A stretch of 64,000 nucleotides of DNA, from contig RDXK01000097.1 of NCBI GenBank assembly GCA_004292605.1, positions 40,863 through 104,862 on the forward strand, read 5' to 3'. Positions 39,666 through 49,493 of this stretch are shown in pieces. The position numbers and the translations under genes were made by a program. The DNA is from Bacteroidota bacterium (lineage in GTDB: Bacteria > Bacteroidota > Bacteroidia > Chitinophagales > Chitinophagaceae). Under the pieces are notes generated by a model, which had not been told where the DNA came from, made no database searches, and was given only the letters and a program-made list of their open reading frames with translations. Within the stretch, counting starts at the first letter, position 1, and each line of letters starts with the position of its first letter.

Positions 39666-39736
39666 AAAAAACAGTTAGGCTGCAAAGATAGCACCCAAAA
39701 AGCAGGTTTGCATGCTATGAAATTGTTTTGAACCAC

Positions 39737-40930
39737 TTACAACAGCGAACCTACTGTAAGCTTTTTAGTAAGCGATACGCCGTTACGAATAATGCCAATC
39801 GTAAATTTTGTATTGGCTGCTTGCATTATGGCTTTTACTATGGGTAAGCTATTGGTATACACATTATCTACATGCACAAAAACATCGCCATCCAGCAAGC
39901 CAGCTTTAGCCGCTGGTGTGTTGGGTAGTACTTCACCAAAAACAATAACATTATCTACCTGGTATAAATTACAACCCAAATAAGCATAATCGAAAGGCTC
40001 CCGGAATTTAGTATTGGGTTTAATATGTATTTCTTGATCGGGATAATTGATAACCAAATTAAAACGCTTCAATAAATCGTTTCCTAACAAACCTGCTAAC
40101 GATGGATAATTGGTAATGTTAAAGCTATCGGCAAAAACATACCCGGGCACATTTCTAAATTTATACGGCCCTATTTGTACTTGCTTTACCACACCACATT
40201 TCATGGCTTGCTTGCCAGCAATACCCTCTATTAACGCTGGGTAAAATTTCCGCCGCTTTTTAAATAAGCCACTGTCCTCCGTAAACTCTGCATTTAGTAA
40301 AAAACATAAGCCGGCACCAGTATCAAAAAAATACTTCGCATCTTGCTTGGTTTCATCGGTTAGTACCGCATGTACTATGGGCAAATTTGTAAACCTTGGC
40401 TTTAGTACATGGCCGCCTCTACCATATTTAAAACTACCCGGTGTGTATACTGCTATCAATGAACTATCGTAGTTAACAGCTACTATAAATTTTCGTAAAA
40501 AACTATACCCTATTACTCCATCTATACGGGTTCCGTAGGCACTGGTAAGCAACTCATAATCATTAATATGAAAATCTAAACTATCTATGGTAAGGCCGGG
40601 TAAACGCAGGGATTGTTTGCGTACAAACGAAACATTTTTTACACCACCTATCCCTTTCACCACTTTATCGCTGGGTGTAACAGGCAATTGTAGCCGAGCC
40701 ACCAAACTACTATCTAAACTAATACCGCTGCTACCCGTATCTAGCACAAACTGCAAGGTATCGGCTTTATTGGCTACCAACCCTTCTACCAATAGCACAC
40801 CACCGTGCAGCATTCTAAATCTAAACTTTGTAAGCAATGTACTGGCCGGCGCTTCTAGATATTCCTGTGTATAACCTGCCTTAGCTAACAATAACAGCAC
40901 TATAACCCAACCCACTAAAAGCTTTTTCAT
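39737..40930 (-). CDS. Secreted retropepsin-like aspartyl protease with C-terminal PDZ domain
   Basis: Signal peptide, two DTG motifs (FVLDTGSSG and FFDTGAGL) in one chain, and a PDZ-like AAKAGLLDGDVFVHVDN. Confidence 0.65.
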   Translation of the reverse strand: MKKLLVGWVIVLLLLAKAGYTQEYLEAPASTLLTKFRFRMLHGGVLLVEGLVANKADTLQFVLDTGSSGISLDSSLVARLQLPVTPSDKVVKGIGGVKNVSFVRKQSLRLPGLTIDSLDFHINDYELLTSAYGTRIDGVIGYSFLRKFIVAVNYDSSLIAVYTPGSFKYGRGGHVLKPRFTNLPIVHAVLTDETKQDAKYFFDTGAGLCFLLNAEFTEDSGLFKKRRKFYPALIEGIAGKQAMKCGVVKQVQIGPYKFRNVPGYVFADSFNITNYPSLAGLLGNDLLKRFNLVINYPDQEIHIKPNTKFREPFDYAYLGCNLYQVDNVIVFGEVLPNTPAAKAGLLDGDVFVHVDNVYTNSLPIVKAIMQAANTKFTIGIIRNGVSLTKKLTVGSLL

Positions 40931-40944
40931 ACCATCGGGTATTA

Positions 40945-43900
40945 TTAGCTGAAAAGATACTCAATATCTTCTTTCGTAAGGCTTTTTACAAATCCGGTAT
41001 CATCGGTAATTAACTCCGTAGCCAATACCTTTTTCTTTTCTTGTAGTTTAAGAATTTTATCTTCTACCGTATCCTTACAAATCATGCGATAGGCAAAAAT
41101 ATTCTTGGTTTGGCCTATGCGGTGAGTACGGTCGATGGCCTGCTGCTCTACAGCTGGGTTCCACCAAGGATCCACTATATACACATAATCAGCTGCAGTA
41201 AGGTTTAAACCCACACCACCCGCTTTTAATGAAATTAAGAAAACTCGGCACTCATCGTTCTCCTGAAACTTTTGAATGGCCTTTTCTCTATCAGCGGTAG
41301 AAGTGCTACCATCAAAATATGCATAAGGAATATTCAGCTCGTTCAAACGCTGACGGATAATGGCTAACATGCCCAAAAACTGAGAAAACACCAAGGCCTT
41401 ATGGTTGCTAATATTTTCTTCTATCTCCCTAGTAAGTTCGTCTAATTTCACACTCACATTGGGGAAACGTTCCTCTTCGTTCATAATGGCCGGACTATCG
41501 CAAATTTGCCGAAGTTTCATTAAGCCTTGTAAAATGGTTAACTGACTTCGCTGTATACCTTGCTCCGCCACTACACCCATAATTTTATCTCTAAATTCAT
41601 TGCGGTAAGCATTGTAAATATTCCTTTGCTCATCGCCCATTTCGCAAAATAAAATCATCTCTGTTTTCGGTGGTAAATCCTTGGCTACCTGCTCCTTAGT
41701 TCTGCGTAAAATAAACGGATACAGCAAACGGCGTAAATGCTCCTTTTGTTCTTTTTCGCCAAACTTATCTATAGGTACAGCAAACTCTTGTTTGAAAAAT
41801 TCCACACTTCCTAACATACCCGGATTTAGGAAATTCATTTGAGCATAAATATCAAACGTATTGTTCTGTAAAGGAGTACCACTTAAACAAAGTTTGTTTT
41901 TTGCTTGTAACAATACTGCAGCCTTAGCCACTTTACTGTTGGGGTTTTTTATAGCCTGACTTTCATCGAGCACCACATAATCGAAATTGATATCTATAAA
42001 TAATTTTATATCGCTACGCAATGTTCCGTAAGTAGTAATAATTACTTCGTTATCTATATTGTGTAAGGCCTTTTTATCTCTAGTGGCACCATGGTGTACA
42101 TGAAACTGTAGCGACGGAGTGAATTTTTTTATCTCGTTCTCCCAGTTAAATAACAATGTGGTAGGGCAAACTACCAATGCCTTTAAGCTTTCATTTTTTT
42201 CTCTTAGGTGGTTCATAAAACATAGCGCCTGAATGGTTTTACCCAAACCCATATCATCCGCCAAAATACCACCCCACTGTACATTGTGTAAATAATTTAA
42301 CCACTGAAAACCGCTGAGCTGATAAGGCCTTAGCGTATTTTGTAAATGCAAAGGTGCCTCGATAGATTGTATGCCGCTGAGTTCCTTTAACTTCTCATAC
42401 TTCTCTTCTAATTGAAAAATAAGTTCTTCTTCATCTCGCTGCTCATACAATTCTTCTATTACACTAAAATGGTATTTACTAAGTTTTAAATTGGCTTGTT
42501 TTCCCTCGCCTACCCTAAATAGCAAAGAATATTTTTTAATCCATTCTTCCGGCAAAATTCCTAGTGTACCATCGTTTAATACTACAAACTGTTGCTTGTT
42601 GGCTAACGCCTTTTTTACATCGGCCACGGTTACTTTTTGCTCGCCAAAAAATATATCTACCTTGGCATCAAACCAATCGGTTCTACTACTAATATAAATT
42701 TTGGTATTGGGCTTATAGGTATTGAATCTAAAGTTCCGCAGGGCATCAAAACCTAGCACGGCCATTTGCTTTTCCTTAACCGCATCTATAAACAAAAAGA
42801 ACCAATTGTTTTTAAGTACATCTATACCCTTTAAGGCCAAGGTTTTTTTATCGGCCAGCCAAATAAAATTGGAGTGTAGACCTTTTACAAAATCAAGGGC
42901 TTTTTGCTCGGCAGCATGGTTACGGTGTAACAGTATTATTTGGTTATCTACTGGTATAATTACTTTCTCTTTATCAATATTCTTAATCTCATACCCTAGG
43001 TAATTATACACCGGGTGGAATAATAAAAAATCGCCTTGTTCCATTAATTCTATCTTGGTTTCCGGCTCTAAATCAAACATTTCCCGTTTAGGAATATTGG
43101 TAAAATTTACATTGTATTGTTTGGTAAGTGGAACAATGGTTTCCAATAAAAAACTGCTCCAATGTTCTGTAGGTACTTGGCTATTGGCACCACTAGCTTG
43201 TTCTTCTATTAATTGAATACAATCTACATTCTCCCACAGGTAAATATTATCATAATACTTAAATAGAAAGGGCGATGGTAGTTCATTATCAGTTAACGGT
43301 CGGTTACCTTCAGGCAGTTTCGCTTCTACCTGCATAGCAAATCCATCGGCAACCCGCTGCAACACTATTTCTGGTGCCACTAACTTGTCTACTAAATTTA
43401 CCCTTTGCAAGTTTGCAGTAGTAAATGGTTTACCATCGGGTAGGTAATATACCAATGGATTATCGGTATTTTCCTCAAAAATCTTTTTAATTTTTGGGTA
43501 ATAATATTCAGCTACTAACTGTTTAGTTTCTGGAGCTATGGCATTGGTATGTTGGTGTATTACATCGTTCCAAGCAATTGAAAATGGTGCATTACGTTCT
43601 ATATATCTACCAAGCTCTACCGATAATAATTTCCGTAGCTGCTGTACCAAATGAGCATCTTCCTCCTCTAAGGTTTCGGTGGGTACGTATTTAGCTAAAT
43701 CTATTTTTTCCACTTTATCAATAAAAGCACTACCCACATCGTTCACGGTACCTAACACCGCATCAAGTTCTAAAAATGGATACTGTAAAGCATTGTACCT
43801 TAGCACCATACCTACTCGCTGTATACCCTTTTGTGTAACTACTGCGGCAGCTTTTTCGGGTTTGGCTTCTGGTACCGGTAGTACTGCGATAGCTTCGGGT

Positions 43901-44718
43901 TTTGGTTCCGTTGGTGGTGGTGCAGCTACCCGTTTTATACTAGCATCGAGCAAGCGTAAGCTAGGCCTACCATTGTTATAAATAAATTCGAATTTTCCTT
44001 TTAAATTATCTGATAAGCTGTAGCCGTATAATGCCAAAAGTTTGTTCTTATCCTTATCCCAATTTTTGATAGAATCAAAATAATTGGCACCGCCCTTATG
44101 CATTAATTGTAAAAGTACTGCGGCTTTGTGTACACATAGTGGGTGGTTGGGTTCGCTATCGCAGGTGCAGCTGGTATCTAAATTACGTTCAGCGTTTTTG
44201 TGAATCACTACTTTATTGGTTAATCCATGCATGGTGATTTCTGCTACTACCTTTTCATCTTCCGCACTTATTATTTCGGCTTTTTGTACCCGTACAAATT
44301 CACTGGCTTCCTGGAAACTATCGGTACTACACAAAGGCTTAATGCTACGGAGCTCTAACTGTTTAATTTTTACTACGGTGTGCTGCTGATTATACCCTGT
44401 TTTAGAACTACCCAATTTACCTGTATCTACTAATTCCTGCACGTACAGTAGTGCTGCTGCTTTGTGCCGGCATACTTCGCCCATATTATACGGGCAGCTA
44501 CAGCGTACCTGCATTTCTTTAGCATCCTTCAGTTGTGAAATCACTACTTTATAATACAAGCTGTAACTATCATCTTTCACACGTAACTGTACGGAGCCTA
44601 GTAAATCGTTAAAATCTAATAGTTCCACCTGGTGTGCATGGTAAATTTTTTTACCTCTTCGTATTACATCTTCTGAACCGTTATTGTAAACGTATTTAAC
44701 TAAATGCGATAATGCCAA
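40945..44718 (-). CDS. SNF2 family helicase/ATPase with two N-terminal SWIM zinc fingers
   Basis: TTG start. SWIM motifs CSCPYNMGEVCRHKAA and CTCDSEPNHPLCVHKAA. SNF2 motifs LADDMGLGKT, DESQAIKN, LSGTPLQN and QAIDRTHRIGQ. Confidence 0.85.
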   Translation of the reverse strand: MALSHLVKYVYNNGSEDVIRRGKKIYHAHQVELLDFNDLLGSVQLRVKDDSYSLYYKVVISQLKDAKEMQVRCSCPYNMGEVCRHKAAALLYVQELVDTGKLGSSKTGYNQQHTVVKIKQLELRSIKPLCSTDSFQEASEFVRVQKAEIISAEDEKVVAEITMHGLTNKVVIHKNAERNLDTSCTCDSEPNHPLCVHKAAVLLQLMHKGGANYFDSIKNWDKDKNKLLALYGYSLSDNLKGKFEFIYNNGRPSLRLLDASIKRVAAPPPTEPKPEAIAVLPVPEAKPEKAAAVVTQKGIQRVGMVLRYNALQYPFLELDAVLGTVNDVGSAFIDKVEKIDLAKYVPTETLEEEDAHLVQQLRKLLSVELGRYIERNAPFSIAWNDVIHQHTNAIAPETKQLVAEYYYPKIKKIFEENTDNPLVYYLPDGKPFTTANLQRVNLVDKLVAPEIVLQRVADGFAMQVEAKLPEGNRPLTDNELPSPFLFKYYDNIYLWENVDCIQLIEEQASGANSQVPTEHWSSFLLETIVPLTKQYNVNFTNIPKREMFDLEPETKIELMEQGDFLLFHPVYNYLGYEIKNIDKEKVIIPVDNQIILLHRNHAAEQKALDFVKGLHSNFIWLADKKTLALKGIDVLKNNWFFLFIDAVKEKQMAVLGFDALRNFRFNTYKPNTKIYISSRTDWFDAKVDIFFGEQKVTVADVKKALANKQQFVVLNDGTLGILPEEWIKKYSLLFRVGEGKQANLKLSKYHFSVIEELYEQRDEEELIFQLEEKYEKLKELSGIQSIEAPLHLQNTLRPYQLSGFQWLNYLHNVQWGGILADDMGLGKTIQALCFMNHLREKNESLKALVVCPTTLLFNWENEIKKFTPSLQFHVHHGATRDKKALHNIDNEVIITTYGTLRSDIKLFIDINFDYVVLDESQAIKNPNSKVAKAAVLLQAKNKLCLSGTPLQNNTFDIYAQMNFLNPGMLGSVEFFKQEFAVPIDKFGEKEQKEHLRRLLYPFILRRTKEQVAKDLPPKTEMILFCEMGDEQRNIYNAYRNEFRDKIMGVVAEQGIQRSQLTILQGLMKLRQICDSPAIMNEEERFPNVSVKLDELTREIEENISNHKALVFSQFLGMLAIIRQRLNELNIPYAYFDGSTSTADREKAIQKFQENDECRVFLISLKAGGVGLNLTAADYVYIVDPWWNPAVEQQAIDRTHRIGQTKNIFAYRMICKDTVEDKILKLQEKKKVLATELITDDTGFVKSLTKEDIEYLFS

Positions 44719-44859
44719 AGCAATGAGTATTTATGAGTAAAATTGGCATTGCACTTTTAATAAACAAGTTGCTAAAAATGCAATTGGCAAAAATAAACGA
44801 ATAAAACCCATATAGTAAAACCTTTATTTACATTTTATGCAGGAATTATGGGTTAATTA

Positions 44860-46233
44860 TTACTTCATAAACAGCTTATATAGCTTCATTTTCCCAGTAA
44901 AAGGTGGGTATTTAAAAGATGGATCGAACCAAGTAGGCGTTTTTAACACTGCTTTTTGGTGGGTAAATGTGATAAAACTGTGTTTACCATGATAAGCACC
45001 TACACCGCTGGAACCCACGCCACCAAAGGGCAAATGGTGGTTACTTAAATGCAGTAAAGTATTGTTTATACAGCCACCGCCAAAGCTTGCATGCTGTAGC
45101 CACCACTGCTCTGTGGCACTGCTATTGGTAAACAAATACAAGGATAATGGATTTGGATTTTTTTGAACCATCTCATACGCTTGTTCTTGAGTACTGTAGG
45201 TGATGATAGGTAAAATAGGTCCAAAAATTTCCTGCTGCATAATTGCACTGTCCCAGGAAGGATTGAGCAATACCGTAGGTTCTATTTGTAAGGTAGCTTC
45301 GTTGGTTTTTCCTCCCCATGCTACGGTTCCTTGTGTTAAATAGCCTTCCAAAATTTTAAAACGCTGTGGCGATATAATACGTGGATAAGCCTTGTTTTGT
45401 AAGGCCTCCTTGCCAAAAAATTGCTGAGCTGCTTGCTGTAACTGTGCCACTAGTTCATCTTGCAATGTACTGGGAACCAAGACATAATCGGGTGCTACAC
45501 AGGTTTGGCCGGCATTAAGCCATTTACCAAAAGCTATTTTACGAGCAGCTAAAGCTAGGTTAGCGTCGGGCTCAATTATGGCCGGACTTTTACCACCAAG
45601 TTCCAATGTAACGGGTGTTAAATGCTGTGCTGCCAACTGGTAAATACTTTTGCCCACTTGCGTACTACCCGTGAAAAAAATATGGTTGAAAGCAAAGCCT
45701 GTAATTAATGGTGGAAGTACTTCCTGACCAATACCCTGTATAGCAGCCACAAACTGTGGTGGATAAAGTTCCTGTATTATGGTTTCTACTATCTGTGCAG
45801 TAGCAGGAGCTAATTCGCTTGGCTTTACTACTGCACAATTACCGCCGGCAATAGCGCCAATTAACGGAGCAAATGCCAGCTGAAAAGGATAGTTCCATGG
45901 GGCAATGATGAGCACTACACCAAGTGGGTGCGGATAGGTTTTACTAGACCCCGGCAGATTTAATAAATTGGTGGCCACACGGGTGGGTTTCATCCAGTTT
46001 TTTAATTGCTGAATGGTGGTAGAAAGTTCAGCTAGGGTAAATCCTACCTCGCTAGCGTAGGCTTCCTCAGCACTCTTTCCTAAATCGGTGTGCAAAGCCT
46101 GTAAAATGGCTGCTTCGTATTTTTGTATACAAGTATGTAACGCTTTTAGCTGGGCTATTCTAAAGCTATAAGGCAAGGTATTACCCGCTTTAAAAAAATC
46201 CGCTTGTTGCTGAGCTATGGCAATGGTTTGCAT
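44860..46233 (-). CDS. NAD(P)-dependent aldehyde dehydrogenase (class 3-like)
   Basis: ELGGKSP and catalytic-Cys region GQTCVAPDY. 457 aa. Confidence 0.85.
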   Translation of the reverse strand: MQTIAIAQQQADFFKAGNTLPYSFRIAQLKALHTCIQKYEAAILQALHTDLGKSAEEAYASEVGFTLAELSTTIQQLKNWMKPTRVATNLLNLPGSSKTYPHPLGVVLIIAPWNYPFQLAFAPLIGAIAGGNCAVVKPSELAPATAQIVETIIQELYPPQFVAAIQGIGQEVLPPLITGFAFNHIFFTGSTQVGKSIYQLAAQHLTPVTLELGGKSPAIIEPDANLALAARKIAFGKWLNAGQTCVAPDYVLVPSTLQDELVAQLQQAAQQFFGKEALQNKAYPRIISPQRFKILEGYLTQGTVAWGGKTNEATLQIEPTVLLNPSWDSAIMQQEIFGPILPIITYSTQEQAYEMVQKNPNPLSLYLFTNSSATEQWWLQHASFGGGCINNTLLHLSNHHLPFGGVGSSGVGAYHGKHSFITFTHQKAVLKTPTWFDPSFKYPPFTGKMKLYKLFMK

Positions 46234-46307
46234 ACTTTTTTGTGGGAAGATACAATTTGTAGAGAAAGGTATAATAACGGCGGGTGAATGTATGATGGGT
46301 GTGGTAC

Positions 46308-46871
46308 CTACAGTAACTTCTCTATGCTTTTTGCAGTGTTCACTATACCCGCATGGTGCAGTATTTGTAACATCTCTCGTTCTGTACGTACTGGCTGTCG
46401 CTTATTTAAAACCATTTCCTTAAAGGCTTGCACGCACAGTAACGGATTCTCTACCATTAAACCGTTCAAAAACATATCGGGCGTTTGTACATTTATACCA
46501 AACCTAGCTAGATATTTTTTGGGAAAGTCCTTGTTGTTATTGGTTACTATTATACTTGCTTTTGCTTTAATAGCAGCCGCTAGAATATGCCTGTCGTTAG
46601 CATCTGGCAAAGTTAACTGGCTGATAATTTTTGAGTAATTGTCTACACGGGCAAACGGAAAGGCTGTTTCAGCCATTTTCATTCGCTTCTCCGCTGCTTT
46701 TATATCTACTCCTTTTTGTAGCATTACCCGCTTCCATTCGTTAAAAATATCGGCAGTCCACTTTGGCTTATAAATATCAAAATGGGCAAACCAGAATAAA
46801 ATATCTCTTATTACAATGGGAAAAATAACATTGGTATCCAATACCGCCACTACCAGCTTTTTACTGTTCAT
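46308..46871 (-). CDS. PIN domain protein (putative toxin)
   Basis: AVLDTNVIFP acidic N-terminal PIN motif and a later TNN.KDF. Overlaps the upstream HTH gene by 11 nt. Confidence 0.65.
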   Translation of the reverse strand: MNSKKLVVAVLDTNVIFPIVIRDILFWFAHFDIYKPKWTADIFNEWKRVMLQKGVDIKAAEKRMKMAETAFPFARVDNYSKIISQLTLPDANDRHILAAAIKAKASIIVTNNNKDFPKKYLARFGINVQTPDMFLNGLMVENPLLCVQAFKEMVLNKRQPVRTEREMLQILHHAGIVNTAKSIEKLL

Positions 46872-47316
46872 ATAATCCCGCTTCCTCGTCTAGCTGCATT
46901 ATAGAAACCAAGGCCTTTTTCTGTTGCTTTTTTAAGCGTTGTTGATACCGTAAAACTTCTTGCAAGTTTACCCTACGATGCTTACCTACCATAGTGTATG
47001 GCAAAATCCCTTCCTTTATTAACTTTACTACATGCGGCCTTGAACAACCTAACAACGTGGCGGCCGACTGTGTGGTTAATTCTGTAGTATGTGGAACTAC
47101 CGAAACTGCATTGCCATCGGCCATTGCTTTCAAAATATCGCCTAATAATTGCACAGCACTAGCAGGAACTATTATTTCCTCCTTTGAATTTTTCAAAGCC
47201 AAACGAATATTGCTACCCGTGTTTTGCTTTAAATGAGAAGCAAGTATATTATAGGAGGATAATGCTATTCGCTTATCGCGTTTAGAAGTTCTGGTGCGTT
47301 TAGACGATACAAGCAT
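46861..47316 (-). CDS. Excisionase-type HTH DNA-binding protein (putative antitoxin)
   Basis: LTTQSAATLLGCSRPHVVKLIKEGILPYTMVGKHRRV is a MerR/excisionase-like HTH. Translationally coupled to the PIN gene. Confidence 0.6.
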   Translation of the reverse strand: MLVSSKRTRTSKRDKRIALSSYNILASHLKQNTGSNIRLALKNSKEEIIVPASAVQLLGDILKAMADGNAVSVVPHTTELTTQSAATLLGCSRPHVVKLIKEGILPYTMVGKHRRVNLQEVLRYQQRLKKQQKKALVSIMQLDEEAGLYEQ

Positions 47317-47472
47317 AAGAACAAATTTACCATCTAAAAATAAACGAAATAAACGAAATAATTATTTTCCAATTAATGGAATGAAAAAAAGCAATAATGA
47401 AACCCCATCACTCATTTTAACAATTTCGAAAAACTGTTTTCTAGTATTTTGCTATCACACAATACCGCACGT

Positions 47473-47934
47473 ATGAAGCTACTATTAGCCCTAACTATTT
47501 TTATATGCGTTGGCTCAGCTGCCAATGCCCAACTTACATTGGAAACCACTCCCAATAAAGCACAATTAATTCCTAAGTACACCAACAACGGTTTGTATTA
47601 TAACCAGAAATTTTACGGCTACGGACAGGAAATAAAAGCATTATACACCCAGCAAGGCAATGAACAGGCATTGAGGTATTACCGACAGTTTCAAACAAGG
47701 AATACTATTTCCAATATTACCGGTTGGGTAGGACTAGCGCTCATAGGCTTAGGTACTGGACTATTTTTTAATGCCGATGCAACTACCGGCGAAGCATTAG
47801 GAACCCTTGCCATTGGCGTTACTACCACAGCCATTGGCTACACACTACACTTAGGTGCCAATAAAAAAATGAGGGCTAGTGTGCAAGAATTTAATAAAGT
47901 ACAAGTCAACAAAAAACAACAGCCCTGCATATAG
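47473..47934 (+). CDS. Small secreted or membrane protein, paralogue 1 (hypothetical)
   Basis: ATG at 47473 gives the signal peptide MKLLLALTIFICVGSAANAQ. Has a conserved NG.YYN.K.YGYG.EIK block and Gly-rich hydrophobic helices. Confidence 0.5.
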   Translation: MKLLLALTIFICVGSAANAQLTLETTPNKAQLIPKYTNNGLYYNQKFYGYGQEIKALYTQQGNEQALRYYRQFQTRNTISNITGWVGLALIGLGTGLFFNADATTGEALGTLAIGVTTTAIGYTLHLGANKKMRASVQEFNKVQVNKKQQPCI

Positions 47935-47987
47935 GCCAGCACAAAAACGGAATGGGTTTAGCTATTCACTTTTAATGATCCACTTTT

Positions 47988-48503
47988 ATGAAATATACTT
48001 ACACCCTTATCTTTTGTTTGTTTGCCCTACTAGTTTTCTCCCAAAATGCCGTGGCATAAACTAGTATAGATACTACACCCAACAAAGCCCAAGTAGTGGC
48101 TTTTTATACCACCAATGGTGTTTATTATAACGGTAAACTATACGGTTACGGCCCAGAAATAAAATCGCTGTTTGCCACCCAAGGAAACGAAGTGGCAACC
48201 CAGTATTACCAACAGTTTCAGCGAAACCATACCTGGGGAAATATCCTGAACTATCTTGGCGCTGGTGTAACTTTTTACTCTATTCTACAGCTTATTAGCG
48301 GTAACATTCCACGAGGTATTTCAGCAGGTACGCTAGTGGGTGGTATCGGTATTTGTGTGGGCGGCAACGCTCTTTTAAAAAAATCAGAAAAAAAATATCA
48401 AAAAGCAGTATCTGAGTTCAACGCTGTACAGCAAAAGCAGCAAGCTACTAGTTTGCATGTAGGTGCACAACCTCACGGACTGGGTTTAGCCGTTCGTTTT
48501 TAA
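47988..48503 (+). pseudogene. Paralogue 2 of the 47473 gene, interrupted by an in-frame TAA at 48057-48059
   Basis: ATG at 47988 encodes MKYTYTLIFCLFALLVFSQNAVA, then TAA. The same frame continues TSIDTTPNKAQVVAFYTTNGVYYNGKLYGYGPEIK..., homologous to paralogue 1. The track ORF 48096..48503 is its GTG-started remainder. Confidence 0.6.
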
Positions 48504-48674
48504 ATACACTTCCCCTTCAAAAAATATACATAAGATTAGCCTCCAGCAAACATGGAAGGGGAAGTAACTACGCTAGTTGATAGCCATTAATACACAATGT
48601 TACAGGCTTACCGGACCGCCTGTATAGAACTGCCCAAATTTTCTGTAACTTGTAGTCACAAAAAACGATTGTGT

Positions 48675-49493
48675 ATGCAGGAGCTCATAGCGTATTTCAA
48701 TTCTATTCCGTCCACCCATCGGGCATTAATTATTGTGAGTGGATTGTGCTTTTTTTGGCTGGTAGAAGCGGGTTTACCACTTTTCAAATTTAATTATAAA
48801 AAATGGCAACATGCAGCGTTTAATATATTCTTTACTGCCACTACTGTAGTGGTAAATGTATGCTTTGCATACCTCATTTTTCTTACGAGTGAATATACAT
48901 ATACAAATGGTATAGGATTGTTACACATCGTGCCCCTACCGCTATGGGCTAGTTTATTAACAGGACTTCTAGTGCTTGATTTGGTAGGTGCGTATTTGGT
49001 ACACTTAACAGAACATAAAGTAAAATTTATGTGGCGGTTTCATATGGTTCACCATGCCGATGAACAAGTAGACACTACCACGGCCAATAGGCACCACCCT
49101 GGCGAAAGTATTTTTAGAGCCGTATTTACCCTTGCCGCGGTAGCTATATTGGGTGCACCTATGTGGCTAGTAATGCTGTATCAAAGCGTTAGTGTAGTGC
49201 TTTCTCAATTTAACCATGCCAATATTCAATTACCCGAAAAACTAGATAGCATTATCCGTTGGGTATTGGTATCGCCCAATATGCATAAGGTTCACCATCA
49301 TTATACTCGTCCGGAAACGGATACTAATTACGGTAATATTTTCTCCATATGGGATAGGCTTTTTGGCACTTATTACTATGTACCTATGCAGCAATTACAC
49401 TATGGTTTAGATGTGCTGGAAGGTGAGCCCACACAAAACCTACTAAAGCAGTTAAAACTTCCTTTTAATAGGGCTATTAAAACCGATGAATAG
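48675..49493 (+). CDS. Fatty acid hydroxylase / sterol desaturase family membrane protein
   Basis: ORF trimmed to the ATG at 48675. Histidine boxes HLTEH, HMVHHAD and HKVHHH. Confidence 0.8.
   Translation: MQELIAYFNSIPSTHRALIIVSGLCFFWLVEAGLPLFKFNYKKWQHAAFNIFFTATTVVVNVCFAYLIFLTSEYTYTNGIGLLHIVPLPLWASLLTGLLVLDLVGAYLVHLTEHKVKFMWRFHMVHHADEQVDTTTANRHHPGESIFRAVFTLAAVAILGAPMWLVMLYQSVSVVLSQFNHANIQLPEKLDSIIRWVLVSPNMHKVHHHYTRPETDTNYGNIFSIWDRLFGTYYYVPMQQLHYGLDVLEGEPTQNLLKQLKLPFNRAIKTDE

Noticed and set aside
44915-44935. A GGATCGAACC string resembling a tRNA T-arm.
   Set aside because: It lies inside the aldehyde dehydrogenase coding frame, and no acceptor or anticodon arms can be folded around it.
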